A stretch of 64,000 bases of DNA from Octopus sinensis (Eukaryota). Made by a program: the position numbers and the translations under genes. The DNA is taken from positions 47,182,001 to 47,246,000 of the forward strand of contig NC_043002.1 in the NCBI RefSeq assembly GCF_006345805.1, in the 5' to 3' direction. Shown here in pieces: positions 26,958 to 40,666 of this stretch (position 1 is its first letter; the number at the start of each line of letters is the position of its first letter). The notes below the pieces were generated by a model. That model made no database searches and was not told where the DNA came from. It worked only from the letters and a program-made list of their open reading frames with translations.

Positions 26958-27046
26958 TAAATTGAACAGCTTTAAGTCAGCTTTAGACGGTTATAATTGC
27001 AAGATACCAAAGGACGTCGAAAAAGAATACAAGTCTTCACAATGTG
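26958..27046 (+). CDS. Exon 5 (B-type, phase 2 to 1)
   Basis: Acceptor atatattttttAG, donor GTaagc; 89 nt reads KLNSFKSALDGYNCKIPKDVEKEYKSSQC; a second in-frame acceptor would start the exon at 26970. Confidence 0.8.
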
Positions 27047-28240
27047 GTAAGCTTCTCAGCATTTAAATAATATTCGCTACTTCTATTTGATGATTGGGCA
27101 ACTGATGTCTTGCATTCACTTCCATAAGAGACAAATCTCTCATTCTGATTAGAGAACTTACTTTATAATAATCTTCAGCCAACGTCATTATAATCATATA
27201 TAATCATATAACTTTAGTTATTTTGAGCCTACATAGCACTTGTTCAAATGTACCAATTTAAAAACTCATGTTTCCAGAAGATTCAATTAATATGCTTACA
27301 AAGGTTTTTGAAAGATGAAGTGAGAGGAAACACAAAATAATACAAAATCTATTTTGAATATAAATTCTACACAACATGATGTGTCTCTCAATAAATAAAA
27401 CTTTAAACATATTAATGACATTTCAATACAGATTGCAAATCATCCCCTGTTAATCAACATCCTGTAACTAATATAGAAGACGGGAAATTTTGTAACTTCT
27501 GCAGGATCTGAACACCCCATCTACTATAAACAGTATAGTTGTAGTTACACACTGAATGTGACATCACAACTTTTGAACAACGAAATCAGTACACTTAAAT
27601 TAAGTAACTACAATGGAATATCAGTGGCCTGTTAACAGGGACCTCAATTCACACAGTATTCAGGATATTCCATTATATATATCTAATATAGAAAATGGGA
27701 AAAGTTGTGAAACAGTCTATGGGATTCAAACATCACACCTACAGTTAGCCATATAGTTAGCTTTGGTGCTGCTAACCGTTATACCAAAGCGATATTACAA
27801 TATTTCCCCCACCTAAATTTTTAGACTTAAATTAAGTAGCTGCGATGATATACTAATGATCTTTGTATGAAGATTTTAATCCACACTGTAGCCAAGATAT
27901 AGTATGAATCACATATCTATGCCATAAAGAATATACAGTGAATCAAGTGATTTCATAAGAGCTCATTATGGCCCTTTTGTTCAAGTGGTTATAAATTTCA
28001 TTAGTGGTTTCGTTATTGGCACAAATTGTCAAGCTCTTAAAATAGTTAATGTTACAAGTATAAAATCAATACTTATAGAACATCAATCTACTCATTAAAT
28101 ACGGAAGAACGATCATTTAACCGTGACAGTATATTTCTGAAAATATTTCACTGAGTTGGGATAAGGTTTGCACCATTTTCCCTTCCGTGGAATTTAGGCA
28201 CGACTTCGTTTCTCATATGACAGAAGTATAGAACATATAA

Positions 28241-28896
28241 AGAGAAAAACAACTAATTTTAAATCTCTGAGCGAGAAATATTTAGTAACAGTACCTAACA
28301 GTAAAGTCCATTTGCCAACACAATGACGCAGACCTACACAGGACGATGTTACTACTGTTTAGCCCCAGGAAAACCACTTTTCCAGCTGGCTGCCGACACT
28401 TGGTCTGTGTCCATATACCATGAGTAAGGGAGTTTATTGCACCCTTTCTAGACTTAGTGATACCTGTAGACCAATGGTTTCTGGATTATTTTCCTTCTTC
28501 GGTACAGGACAATCACCGGCTAGAAATGGCAGCTACTCGACCTTGCTCATAGCATATACTTTTAAAGCGACACACAGGCGCTGATCTCGTAAAGAGAAAA
28601 CAACTAGTTTTAAATCTCTGAGCGAGAAATATGTAGTAACAGTACCAAATAGTAAAGTCTATTTGCCAACACAACGTGGCAGCCCTACACAGCCGGTGGT
28701 TGTTCTGTACCGAAGAAGAGAAATAACCCAGAAACCATTGGTCTACATATATCACTAAGGCTAGAAAGGGAGCAATAAACTTTCTTGCTCATGGTATACG
28801 GATAGAGACCATGTGTTGGTAGCCAACTGGAAAAAATGTTTTCCTTAAGTTAAACAGTAGCAACATCGACCTGTGTAGGACTGCCACATTGTGTTT
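28241..28896. repeat. Composite direct + inverted repeat element (PLE-like architecture)
   Basis: Direct copies ~28241-28340 and ~28592-28691; inverted arms ~28317-28525 and ~28688-28896. Confidence 0.65.
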
Positions 28897-28899
28897 TTA

Positions 28900-30170
28900 A
28901 ATAAACTTTACCATATATGTATTTTATGAAAGATGACAACGTAAGTTTTTATACAACTACTGTGTGGATAGGAATTTCAACCGTGTTTCGTGGTCTGCTA
29001 CCACAACAGCTCCTTTATAGGATCCAGTTAGCTCAAGAGAGCATCAGGAGGAACCACGTCCGGTTTCGGCCCCTACTCCTCTACCGTTTTGACGTGGCGG
29101 GGCCCCCCTTTCGGAGGTGTCTTCAGCTCTGGTGATGAGTGCATGTTTTCTTTCTTCTGTTCCCACTTATTTTATGTTAAAAGTGAAAAGAGAGGAAAAT
29201 AAGATAGTTTTGGAATTTTCTGCTCTTTTACTCCCCAAAAGAAAAAAAAAAAACAACAAACATGGTCTATGCAGTTTATGATGATGGTGCTATAGATGAG
29301 AGGATTGCTTATAAGAAGTGGTACACTAGATTTAGGAGCGAACATTTTGTACCGAAAAAAGGAAATAATCCAGCCAGTCTACAAATTTTTGATGATCAAA
29401 CTGAAATATTGATTCTAAAAATCGTCAGGGTTGCATAACGTAGGACATCATATAGATACTCTATGTATGTCAAATGCGCATTATAAGGCTTTTAATCACT
29501 TATTTATTTGCTTTGCTTTGACATTCTGGAGTCTCAAATTTAATAAGAACAAATTTAATGGACTGCATTTTCTATGATTCTCTACTGAAGTTGAACAGGA
29601 AGAAGTTCATTTTTGAAAAGAACAATCTCAGGTGATATGAAATTGTTTGCAACCATGCAAAGCGAAAAAAGTCCTGGAGAAAATGAAACGAATCACAATG
29701 AACCACTCTAAAATCCAGTCAGCATTTGAAGATTATACTTTATATTTGATGTGATAAGAGGGCATTGTGTATTGCGAGCTCCTTCTGTAAAAGCCAGACG
29801 TTGAATTCAGACAATTATTGTTCCATTTTGATTGATGAAAGGAATCGATTGATGAAAACATCTAGACTTGGCCATTCAGTAGGGAATTGTCTTACTTTAA
29901 GACATTGTTAAACCTTATGTTTTCTTGCAGACCTGGCAGACATTCGTGTCCTACCACACCCACCATACTCAACTAACCTTGCATCTTTGGATTACCATTT
30001 ATTTTGATCCCTGCAAAATTCATTTGATAAGAAAAAATTAATTATTTAGAAAGCTGTAAAAAAAACCACTTAAAATATTTCATGACCCAGACAGATGTTA
30101 AGTTCCGGAAGGATGGGATCATAAACCTACATCCAAGATGACAAAAAGTAGTGGGACAAAATAGGATATA
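28900..30170 (+). mobile_element. Degraded mariner element
   Basis: PHPPYSTNLASLDYHLF*SLQN at ~29954-30020 (mariner YSPDLAPSDYHLF motif); 5' part resembles the reverse complement of 50990-51060. Confidence 0.75.
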
Positions 30171-30180
30171 TGTGGTTGAA

Positions 30181-30560
30181 TCATCATCATCATCATCATC
30201 ATCATTATCATTGTCATCATCATCATTTAACGTCTGCCTTCAATGGTGGCATGGGCTGGACGGTGCAGGAACCTGCACGAGACTTCTGTGTTTTGGCGGG
30301 CTTTTTACGGCTAGTTACTTTTCCTAATTACAACCACCCAGGAAACTGGACCAAGTGCCTTTTACGTGACACAAGCACAGCAAAGGTCAGTTTTGGCAAA
30401 GTTTTTACACATGGATGCCCTTCTAAATCTCAACCACTTTACTGTGTGGACTGGATGCTTTTTACGTGGCAGCAGCACTGGCAGGTTCACCAAGTAACAT
30501 GCAAGACAAAGGTCCTTTGTGAGGGTAGGGGGCATTGGAGGAGGTGATCTGATATTAATG
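30181..30560 (-). mobile_element. RTE-type 3' end / RTE-derived SINE with (CAT)n tail
   Basis: (cat)n-ttaacgtc..gcatgggctggacgg..tttttacggctag..ggatgcccttc; pattern recognition only. Confidence 0.5.
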
Positions 30561-30629
30561 AAAGGCTTAGAGAGACAGAGAGGCCGAAACAGGTGTCTTG
30601 CTGTAGGGGAGGTTCATGGTTACCAGGCC

Positions 30630-30664
<35 letters not shown>

Positions 30665-31199
30665 AAGAGAAAGAGAGGAGACAACAGGACGACAAGAGTG
30701 AGAAGGAGAGAGATGGTGGCAAAATGCCGGGCATATTCACAAGGGACAGAGATCAGAATATAAATGGGATGGTCGAATAAAGGAAGAGAGTGAGATAGAC
30801 TCACAAAGGACGGGGATCAGAATATTAATGAAGTGGTCGAGTAAAAGCAGGGAAAAATAGATGGTGGCAAGTACCAGGACATACCCTTGAGGTACAGAGC
30901 TTACCATATAAGTAGCAGGGCGTTGCCAAAGAAGCGTGAGTAGAGAGTGGCAAAGGGGAATGCAGTGAGTAGTGAAAATCTGGGTACTCAGAAGGGATGG
31001 GGACTGTTAGATAGCAATGATATAGTGAACAAGGCCGTTTATACAGGATTGGGGAGCCAGAGAATAAGTATAGTGCATGAAAGAGGAGATGTGGGGAAGA
31101 GAAGAGATATAGTTTGGTTTGTTGGAGGAGGGTGTTTGAAAGGTTTTTTTGATACACGTGGATAGAACACACTGAGCTTATAGAACTCAGTTTCACTGA

Positions 31200-31890
31200 T
31201 GTATGCAGGTCTTCTCAAGAACCTCATATTGCTAGACATCTCGGTCCAATGTCATTTCCTCCATGACGCCCAATATCCAAAAATCGGTCCTAACCACTTC
31301 ATCCCATATCTTCCTGGGTCTCCCCCTTCCGTGGGAACCCTCCACCTTCAGTGACCGGCACTTCTTTATGCAGTTGTCCTCATTCATACGCATCACATCT
31401 CCAAACCAACATAGTCTTCTCCCTTGCTTGCTGCATTTGATTTCTCTTATTCCCAACTTTTCTCTTCATACGTTTGTACTTTGTCGTACATGTACACTGA
31501 TGTTGCACATCTAACAGAGCATACAGCCTTCATTTCTCTCCTGTCTACGCATGTTCTCCGTATTCAGAGCCCATGTCTTACTACCATGGAGTATAGCCAT
31601 TCGCACACAAGCATCATACAGTCTACCTTTCACTCTGCGAGAGAGTCCTTTTGTTGCCAACAAAGGTAATAGCTCTCTGAACTTCCTCCATCCTATTCTT
31701 ATTTTAGAATCAATACTTTCAGAGCATCCCCCGCTATTGCTAATTTGATCACCTAGGTAACTGAAATTATCTACAACCTCAAGAGAGTCTCCTAGGCATT
31801 TCAGGAAATCTAAGTCTCGTGTGCGCTTCGTGTTTATTGTTCTTGCACATCTGCCACATCTGAAGACAACTTTATCTGTTAATCTACCTG
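31200..31890 (-). mobile_element. RTE-clade LINE RT C-terminal remnant
   Basis: SYLGDQI..IGWRKFRELLPLL..KGRLYDACVR..RRLCWFGDVMRM..GRGRPRKIW. Confidence 0.85.
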
Positions 31891-32280
31891 TGATTCCATT
31901 GCACCTCTTATGTACCCGTAGCTTACACGGAGTGCAGCGAATGTGTGTACTAATATATAAATGCTTTTGAATTCTACTGCAAGAAAAAACATATTAACTT
32001 TTGTTTCAATCCAATATTTTCGAAAATATCGTATCATAAACTGATGCTGAAACGGATAAAGTTGAGGGCTTTGTTGGGGAATGAATGCGTTACTTTTTAA
32101 GAACACCATTTGAATTTAGTTTTGATACCTATGAAAAATGGATTAATGCCACCATTCAATACTACCATAGATTTCCTATGGACAAAATATGGTTTATTTT
32201 TATCGTTGGTAACTTGACATTGTGATCAAATACTATTCTGGATTGACAAAAGTTCACCGTATTTAAATATTTAAGCCGTC

Positions 32281-35110
32281 CTCAAAACAGGAGTTTTAGA
32301 GGAATGGTCAGTGTTGTGCGAGAGTACGACGCATTCTGGTGAGTATGAACGAGGCCACTACATATAAATAATAGCAATCCGAGTAAGTGAGGTAGTTCGT
32401 GCTAGTTCCACAGTTCGTGTGTTGATAGTTCGAAGTTGGAGTTTACAGTTCGAGTTAGCGTGTTGGATTGTTGGTTCCTAAAAGATTGTTGTTACGTTCC
32501 GTGTGGTTACTGCCGAAAATCCAGTAAGCTCGTTTAGGCCAGATGGCGTGGCTAACGCAATTTCTGAGTATTATGTTTCCGCGTATTATAGAAGATACGA
32601 GGAAATTTTTAACAACGGGTGCAAGTCATGGTCGGTGGAGCAGAGAGTAAGGCTTTTAATGTGCAAGATAGCTCCTGCCGAACATGAGCGTTACTGTAAC
32701 TTTATTCAGCCCCAAAAGTCGAGTGAGATTGGTTTTCAAGAAACCATGGAACTGCTTTCAAAAAGATGTTTTTTTTTGTGATAGAAGTTCATTATTCAAT
32801 TCCAGAATGGAGTGTTGGAGCTTAACAAAAAATTAAAGAGGATGATTGTATCACTTACGCCAGAGTAGTCAACCGTATGTGCGAAAATTTCAAACTCCAG
32901 GATCTCACTCAGGTTATGTTCAAATCACTTATCTTCGTGCAATGACTTATAGCACCTGAAGATAAAAAAATTCGGGCAAGGAGTCTCTCGAAAATAGAGC
33001 AAGTAAACCAGAATTTATCTCTACAGACCATCGCAGAAGAATGTCAGACTATGGTAAATCTTAAACGTGATGTGAAAAAAATACAAGAGAAAGACTCTGC
33101 AAAAATTCAAATGGGTTGTCCCGGGAAGCACAATAAAAAAGTGTCAGGCCCCAATCCGTGTTATTGTGGAGGCGCACACTACAAAAACGATTGTCCGTTT
33201 AAAAACAAAATGGTGCTAAAGTTGTTACAACCTGGGAAACAAGAGTTCTCATTGTAGAACAAAACTACGAGGCTCAAACACAAACAGTTTTAAGGTGCTT
33301 TCAACGGAGAGTGATTGCAGCAGAAAAACAAGAAAATTCGTGGACCTAAAAATAATGTGAATACCAAATTACAGTTAAACACAGGTAGTGACATCTCGAT
33401 TATAAATGCGGATACTTGAAAAAAAAGCTGGTAAACTGAGATTACGTAAAACTGAAAATACGCGTGGTGTAACAGGTGATAAATTACATTTTGTGGGCAA
33501 AACATGTATCGACGTCACATTTCGAGGAGAGACACGCGAAGCAAGAATATTCGTTGTGGATAATTCAATCAGTCTGTTTGGCACAGCTTGGTTAGAACTA
33601 TTCGATTTATGGCACCGTCCCATAAATCTTTACTGCAATAACATAAATGGTTGTCTCGTTAAATACAAGTTTTTGGAAGAACTGAAAGAAAAATTGAAAA
33701 AAAAAATGTTCCTGCAAGTGATATCAGAATTTAGGTCTATATCCAAGTGAAAACGCTGTACCTGTATTTAAAGCAAACAGAAAAGTACCGTTCGCAGTAA
33801 TCGAAATCGTAAATGAAGAGTTGGACAGACTCGACAAGAGTGCAGAATTTAAGAAGGTGGATTACTCGAAGTGGGCGGCACCCGCGGTATGTTAAAAAAA
33901 AGGATTAGCCTGTGTGCCGATTTCTCTACAGGACTGAAAGACTGCCTAAAAACATACCACCATCCAATCCCGACTGCAGAGGACATTTTTTCAGAGTTAA
34001 ATGGTGGGAAAATGTTTTCCAAATTGATCCGTCTAAAGCCTATTTTGAGATAAAAGTAGATGAAAAATACTGAAAGTATTTGACAATAAATACACACAGA
34101 ATATTGTACAGATACACACGATTACCTTTTGGATTAAAAGTAGCACCAGAAATATTCCAGAAAATCATGGATACTATGTTATCTTATTGTGAATTTGCAA
34201 TCCCGAACCTGGACAATCTTTTACCAAGAGTAATTCTCATGAACAGCATGTGGAACACATAAAAGCTTTATTTAAGAAAATTAAAGTTTACGGGTTCACT
34301 TTGAGTGAAGAAGAATGCAAATCCTTTCTACCCCAAATTAAATACTTTGGGTAAATAATTCATAAGAGTGGTAGACGTCCTGACATGTTGAAGGCAGACG
34401 CGATAAGGTATATGCTTGCGCCGACAAATATTCCAACTTTTCAAGCTTTTCTTGAGCTGGCAAACTACTACCAAAACTGCATTCTTAATATGCACTAGTT
34501 AAAAGCTCCATTGAATGACTTATAAAAAGGGGTAAAGTGGAATTGTTCCAGAACACTTTTGAAGAAATAAAAATATTTCTAATCTCAAACCTGTCGTTAG
34601 TACATTACGATCCCGAAATGGACATCATTGTAGTGTCTGATGCTTCCGAGCATGGATTAGGATCAGATCTACATCATAAAAACGAAGACGGAAGTACAGA
34701 ACTAGTGGTTCATGTTTCGCGCTCGCTAAGAGCGGCAGAGAAGAGGTATAGTCAAATTGAAAAGAAGGCCCTAGCAATTATTTTTGCTGTTAATAAATTT
34801 CACAGATTTCTGCATGACAAAGTTTTTTTTTATTGCAAACAGACCATAAATCTTTGCTGCCGATTTATGGGTCTACAAAATGGGTTACCGACTCATACTG
34901 TAAACCACCTGCAACGTTGGGGTGTAATATTACTAAATTATAATTTTAAAATGCAATACATTTCATCGAAAAAAGTCGGTCATGCTGACTACGTTTCGAG
35001 ATTAATTAAAAAAAATATGAAACCACTAGAAGAGACTTATAGCCGCACTCCAGGCAGAAGGTGAAATTAAAAGTGTTCTGACGAACATTACGAAGAACTA
35101 CCAGTGACAA
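32281..35110 (+). mobile_element. Degraded Ty3/Gypsy LTR retrotransposon (gag-PR-RT-RNaseH)
   Basis: Zn-knuckle remnant PCYCGGAHYKNDC; RT motifs ADFSTGL..HPIPTAEDIF, TINTHR..Y.RLPFGLKVAPEIFQ; RNaseH SDASEHGLG..YSQIEKKALAIIFAVNKFHRFL. Confidence 0.9.
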
Positions 35111-35696
35111 CACAGTATACAAGAATGCAAATTGTAGGTGATGAGTATATTACAAAAATAAAAGACGCTTTAAAAATAAACAGAATATAAATACAGGTGC
35201 CAGTAGTTTTTACAATTTACGATATTCTGATGTATGGCCAGGTTTTGTACACAGACAAAAGAGTATACTTTAGGATAAGTAGCAAATGGGATGTATAATG
35301 TAACATCGATGTCGTTTTGAGATGTATAACAGTTATGTATTACAAGGGAAAAGGACTAATATTACTATCAAATCCAGGCCACAGTATCAACTTGCCAGAA
35401 GCCTATTTTATTTTCTAGGATTTTCATAACTTAAAACCAAAGAAAAAATATATATTTCTGATTTGGAGAAAATTGTTCCTATTGTAGTGTAAAGTAGTGT
35501 TGCTAATGTTGCAATTTTAATTTAATTTCCTCCCGTGCTGTTCATTTCAATTTACAATGTAAATATTCTCTAGAAATATAGAGATATCAAAATTTTACCA
35601 TTTTTATCTTTAAAATATTTCTGTTATTATTTGTACTGTCTTATCATTTGTTTCATACTAACTATCATGTTATTTCTATACTTGCAATATATGCAG

Positions 35697-35769
35697 ACAT
35701 TCGTTGCAACAACGCCAGATCGTGCACCACAAAGAATAACCCAGATGGTAGTAGAGATGAAATGTGCAG
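35697..35769 (+). CDS. Exon 6 (A-type, phase 1 to 2)
   Basis: Acceptor aatatatgcAG, donor GTagat; 73 nt reads (D)IRCNNARSCTTKNNPDGSRDEMC(R). Confidence 0.8.
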
Positions 35770-35842
35770 GTAGATATTTCAATTATTATTATTATTATTG
35801 AGCAATTGTATACTGTCAACTTAACGTGACAGTCCCATAATG

Positions 35843-36277
35843 GGAATTACCACACCGCTATTTAGCCCTAGGAAGATTCAACGCTTCCTGTCGGCCTTGA
35901 CACATTTCCTATGACCTTATGTTTACAAAGAGGAGACAAGCACCCCCAACAGCTAGACCTGCAACCACAGACATGTTTCTGAGTCTTGCTCTTTGAGATA
36001 TTTATAAATTTAATATTTCTAATTTTGGTGATCAGTGAATATACTTCACCGAAGAAAAAAAAAATATCTGTTTACAAAGTCTAGACAGGTATCTTCAGCT
36101 GCAGGCTTTGCTGCTCCAGACTGATAACGAGCAAGACTCAGAAACATGTCTCTGGGTGCAGGCCTAGCTGTTGGGGGTACTTGTCTCCCCTTTGTAAACA
36201 TAAGGACACAGGAAATATGTCAAGGCCGAAAGGAAGCGTTGATGCTTCCTAGGGCTAAATAGCGGAAGTGTAATTCA
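35843..36277. mobile_element. Fold-back non-autonomous element with HHR-like motif
   Basis: Inverted arms ~35843-35990 and ~36129-36277; + strand 36116-36155 reads CCAGA CTGATAA CGAG..CTCA GAAA CATG TC TCTGG. Confidence 0.65.
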
Positions 36278-36429
36278 GCAGTTGGTGCTTGAAATGGATG
36301 CATTGTGTGAACATTTCTTGACAAGTATTCAGCGAGCAAGGCCTAGTATATATTTAAAGTGTTCGCACTCGCTCAACGATGCAGATCTTGCAGCGCCCGC
36401 TCCTATTATTGTGGGGGCCCAGTTCTTCT

Positions 36430-38130
36430 AAGATATTTTTTCACTTGATATCATATGGGTCCCTTGATCTTTGAGGTGCCAAACATAACTGGCCAGGGAC
36501 ATGACGAAACGTCTTTCTGGGACCTTGAAGGTGCTTGCAGAAACGGCGCCTGAATTTTTGTGCGAATAAAATCGTGTTTTAAATTCATTTCGATACCCAG
36601 AATATAGGAAGAAGACCAGCCTGGCAAAATATGTCTGGGAACTAAAAGAAAAAGAAGCCCGACCTTTCAACGTGTCATGGAGCATTCTAGATAGAGCGGT
36701 ACCATACAGGCACGGGACACACAAGAAAAATTTTAAGTGCAATCTTTGTTTGTTAGAGAAATATTTCATTTTATTCAAAGACAATAATTCTTTGAATCAA
36801 AGAAGCGAACTTTTGAACTCATGCAGGCACGCAACCAAATTCAAAATGTCGAACATAAATATCCCATATGGATAGCGTATATTTTGTATTTTTGATTCTT
36901 GGGCTAGTCTTTAATCACACCGATGGATTTGTTTCGCGCTATGCGGGTTTCATTCTGCATAGCAAAGTCTTGTGCATATATTTTGTTTATATTTTGTTTA
37001 TATTTCGACATATTCCTTAGGAAAAACCTTCGACTTAGTTTACTTCATTTTATTATATTGTATAGGCTCACTTTGGTAAATTGATTTATAGATAATCCAA
37101 TATAGGGTGTTATATTTTGCATGTCTTTCGTCTAAATTCTTATTATTATGCACTCAGCAATTTTTAAAAATAATGTGAGTATGTGTATTGGCATGAATAT
37201 GTATTTGTAAGCATACGTCTACGTATATGTGTAAGTCAGCGTATGTTTGTACTTAAGCACATACATACACAAATGTATGTGTATGCATGTATCCACTTGG
37301 ACTTGTGTGTTTGCGTACTTGTCTCTATATATGTATCCGTATATGTGTATTTACTGCTTACATAATTTGTATACGAACATTCGTCGCGTATAGCCAGAAT
37401 GTTATTATTTTTTCTTCATTCCTTTTCTCTTTTTCTTTTTTCTCTCTTTTACTTTCTTTCGTTTTTTCTCTCCCTATTCGCTACTTATATAGAGCCCTGT
37501 AACTTTACGTCCCCCTCCCCTCCCTTACTTACGTCTTTAGCTTTCTATTGGATACAAGTGATTTTTGCATGCGAGCTAGATTGCATATACATATGTGTAC
37601 ATGCATTTGTGTGTATATTTTCGTTTTGCATTTATATGTCTGTATATGTATGTGGTCTGTGCACATCTATCTGTGTATGTTGATATATATATGTATATTA
37701 ATAGTTTAGTATGAGTATGTATTGTGAAATATTTTAATATATTTTAATATTTTAATTTCAATTTCTATGTTTTAATTATATTTTATTTATTAATGACAAT
37801 ATGTATTTTAACCAAAGATTCGATTTAAGGTTTTTCCTCGACTTTTATAATTTTATGTTGAACTCATTTTTGTTTATCGCTCGCATATGACCGTTATTTG
37901 AAAGGACCAATCAAACAAGTCCATTTTTAAAGGTGTAACGTTTATACTAGTCTTGATAGAATTGTCATATCGGTTCTATTTTAACAAAACTGTCCGATGA
38001 ACGGGAACGTGAAACTCCGAGTTACAGGTTTCGTTGAATTTCTGCTGCTTTTAAATAAAGCATATTACTCTACCCCTGGTATTTGAGTACTCTTTTTTCC
38101 ACCTTGTTTCACATTTATGTGTTTACTCGG
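36430..38130 (+). mobile_element. Penelope-like element 3' fragment (GIY-YIG C-terminus + pLTR tail)
   Basis: SFRYPEYRKKTSLAKYVWELKEKE..WSIL..CNLCLLEK..LNQRSELLNSCRH on +; inverted NEFKTRFYSHKNS on -; HHR-like motif at 37990-38027 followed by AATAAA. Confidence 0.8.
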
Positions 38131-38162
38131 TATATATATATATTATATATATATATATATAT

Positions 38163-38222
<60 letters not shown>

Positions 38223-38243
38223 GTAGATATATATATATATTGT

Positions 38244-38290
<47 letters not shown>

Positions 38291-38303
38291 TGTATATATA
38301 TAT

Positions 38304-38371
<68 letters not shown>

Positions 38372-38389
38372 TGTGTATATATATGTATA

Positions 38390-38426
<37 letters not shown>

Positions 38427-38450
38427 TATATATATATATGTATATACATA

Positions 38451-38518
<68 letters not shown>

Positions 38519-38523
38519 ATATA

Positions 38524-38567
<44 letters not shown>

Positions 38568-38697
38568 ATATACATATATATGTATATACATATATATATG
38601 GTATATATATATATATATATATATAGTATATATATATATGTATATGTATATATATATATGTAATATATATATATATGTATAGTATATGTATATATAT
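38131..38697. repeat. (TA)n-rich tract (similar tracts at 9985-10201, 39866-40666, 42059-42450, 43909-44530)
   Basis: Direct reading; source of the YI-repeat ORFs. Confidence 0.95.
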
Positions 38698-39864
38698 GGA
38701 AAGTTACTGAAATGGATCAAGTGTTTCCTGACAGACAGATCTCACACATGTTGTAGTTGAAGGGGTAAAATCAAGCCCAGCCAAAGTCAGTAGTGGCGTT
38801 CCGCAAGGCACTGTGCTGGGCCCACTTCTTTTCATCATTTACATTAATGACATTAATGACATCATCAAGCACAGCAACATAAAAATCTTTGCAGATGATT
38901 CCAAGCTACAGAAGGTCATAAATGAGGCGAGTGACCGGACATGCCTTCAGTCAGATCTACTGGCTGTTATCCAGTGGGCAGAAAAAAAAATATGCTGCTG
39001 AACGAGGATAAATTTGAATTAATCCACTTTGGAAATGAGGATGCCCTGAAACTCCCATACTCCCTTCCTTCAGTGAAACTCTCGCGGCGTCCAACAACAT
39101 CAGAGACTTGGGAGTAATTGTGGACAACAACATAAGCTGGGCCACTCATATAAACACCAAAGTTGACATGGCCCGCAGAATGTGTTCCTGGATTCTCAGA
39201 ACTTTCCAGTCGAGAGATATCCACACCATTATCCTTCTCTTCTCCACTTTTGCCCGACCCCACCTTGAATACTGTTGTCCACTGTGGTCTCCCCACACAA
39301 TACAAGGTATCATAAAAGTTGAAGCACATCAAAGGGCAATCACAAAAAAGATAGATGGCATGACAGGCCTCGACTATTGGGGTCGACTAGAAAAGCTAAA
39401 ACTCTATTCTCTCCAACGTCGTCGTGAGCGCTACATCATCTGCATGATGTGGAAAATATTCCATCAGCATTGCCCAAGTGATGTTGGCATCACCTTTAAG
39501 GTACATCCAAGGCTTGGGCCCCGTGCCATCCGCCCAAAACAAAAATCGCACTCTCATCGCATAACAACAATACGGCACAATTATTTCACCTCAATTGGCC
39601 CCGCTCTCTTTAACATTACAACCAAAACACATTAAAAAAGAAACTGACCCTATAGGGTTCAAGAAGTCCTTGGACAGATTCCTTCAAGAAATCCCGGATA
39701 AACCCCCTACACCCGGATATGTCTCTGTAAACAATAACTCTCTACTTGAGTGGGCCATAGTGCCCAAATTCTGACTTGAAAGACTTCACCAGGTGGTGCT
39801 ATTAAGTTAGACATGGCCTGGGCCAATAATGGCCGAAACCTATCAAAGTATCAAAGTATCAAAG

Positions 39865-39865
<1 letters not shown>
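38698..39865 (+). mobile_element. CR1/L2-group LINE 3' fragment, copy C (frameshifted)
   Basis: [25 protein letters not shown] motifs; (ATCAAAGT)n tail; embedded in (TA)n. Confidence 0.9.
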
Positions 39866-39896
<31 letters not shown>

Positions 39897-39897
39897 G

Positions 39898-40077
<180 letters not shown>

Positions 40078-40197
40078 TATATTATACATATATATATATA
40101 TATATATAATACATATATATATATACATATATACATACATATATATATACATACATATATTATATATACATATATATATATATACATATATACATAC

Positions 40198-40232
<35 letters not shown>

Positions 40233-40421
40233 CATAATATATATATACATATATATATATACATATATATACATATATATACATATATATATACATATAT
40301 ATATATACATATATACATATATATATATACATATATATATACATATATATATATACATATATATATATACATATATATACATATATATACATATATACAT
40401 ATATATATATAACATATATAC

Positions 40422-40476
<55 letters not shown>

Positions 40477-40570
40477 CATATATATATTATACATATATAT
40501 ATATACATATATATACATGTATATATATATACGTACATATATATATATATACATGTATATATATACATAC

Positions 40571-40623
<53 letters not shown>

Positions 40624-40666
40624 CATATATATATATACATATATACATATATACATATACATATAT

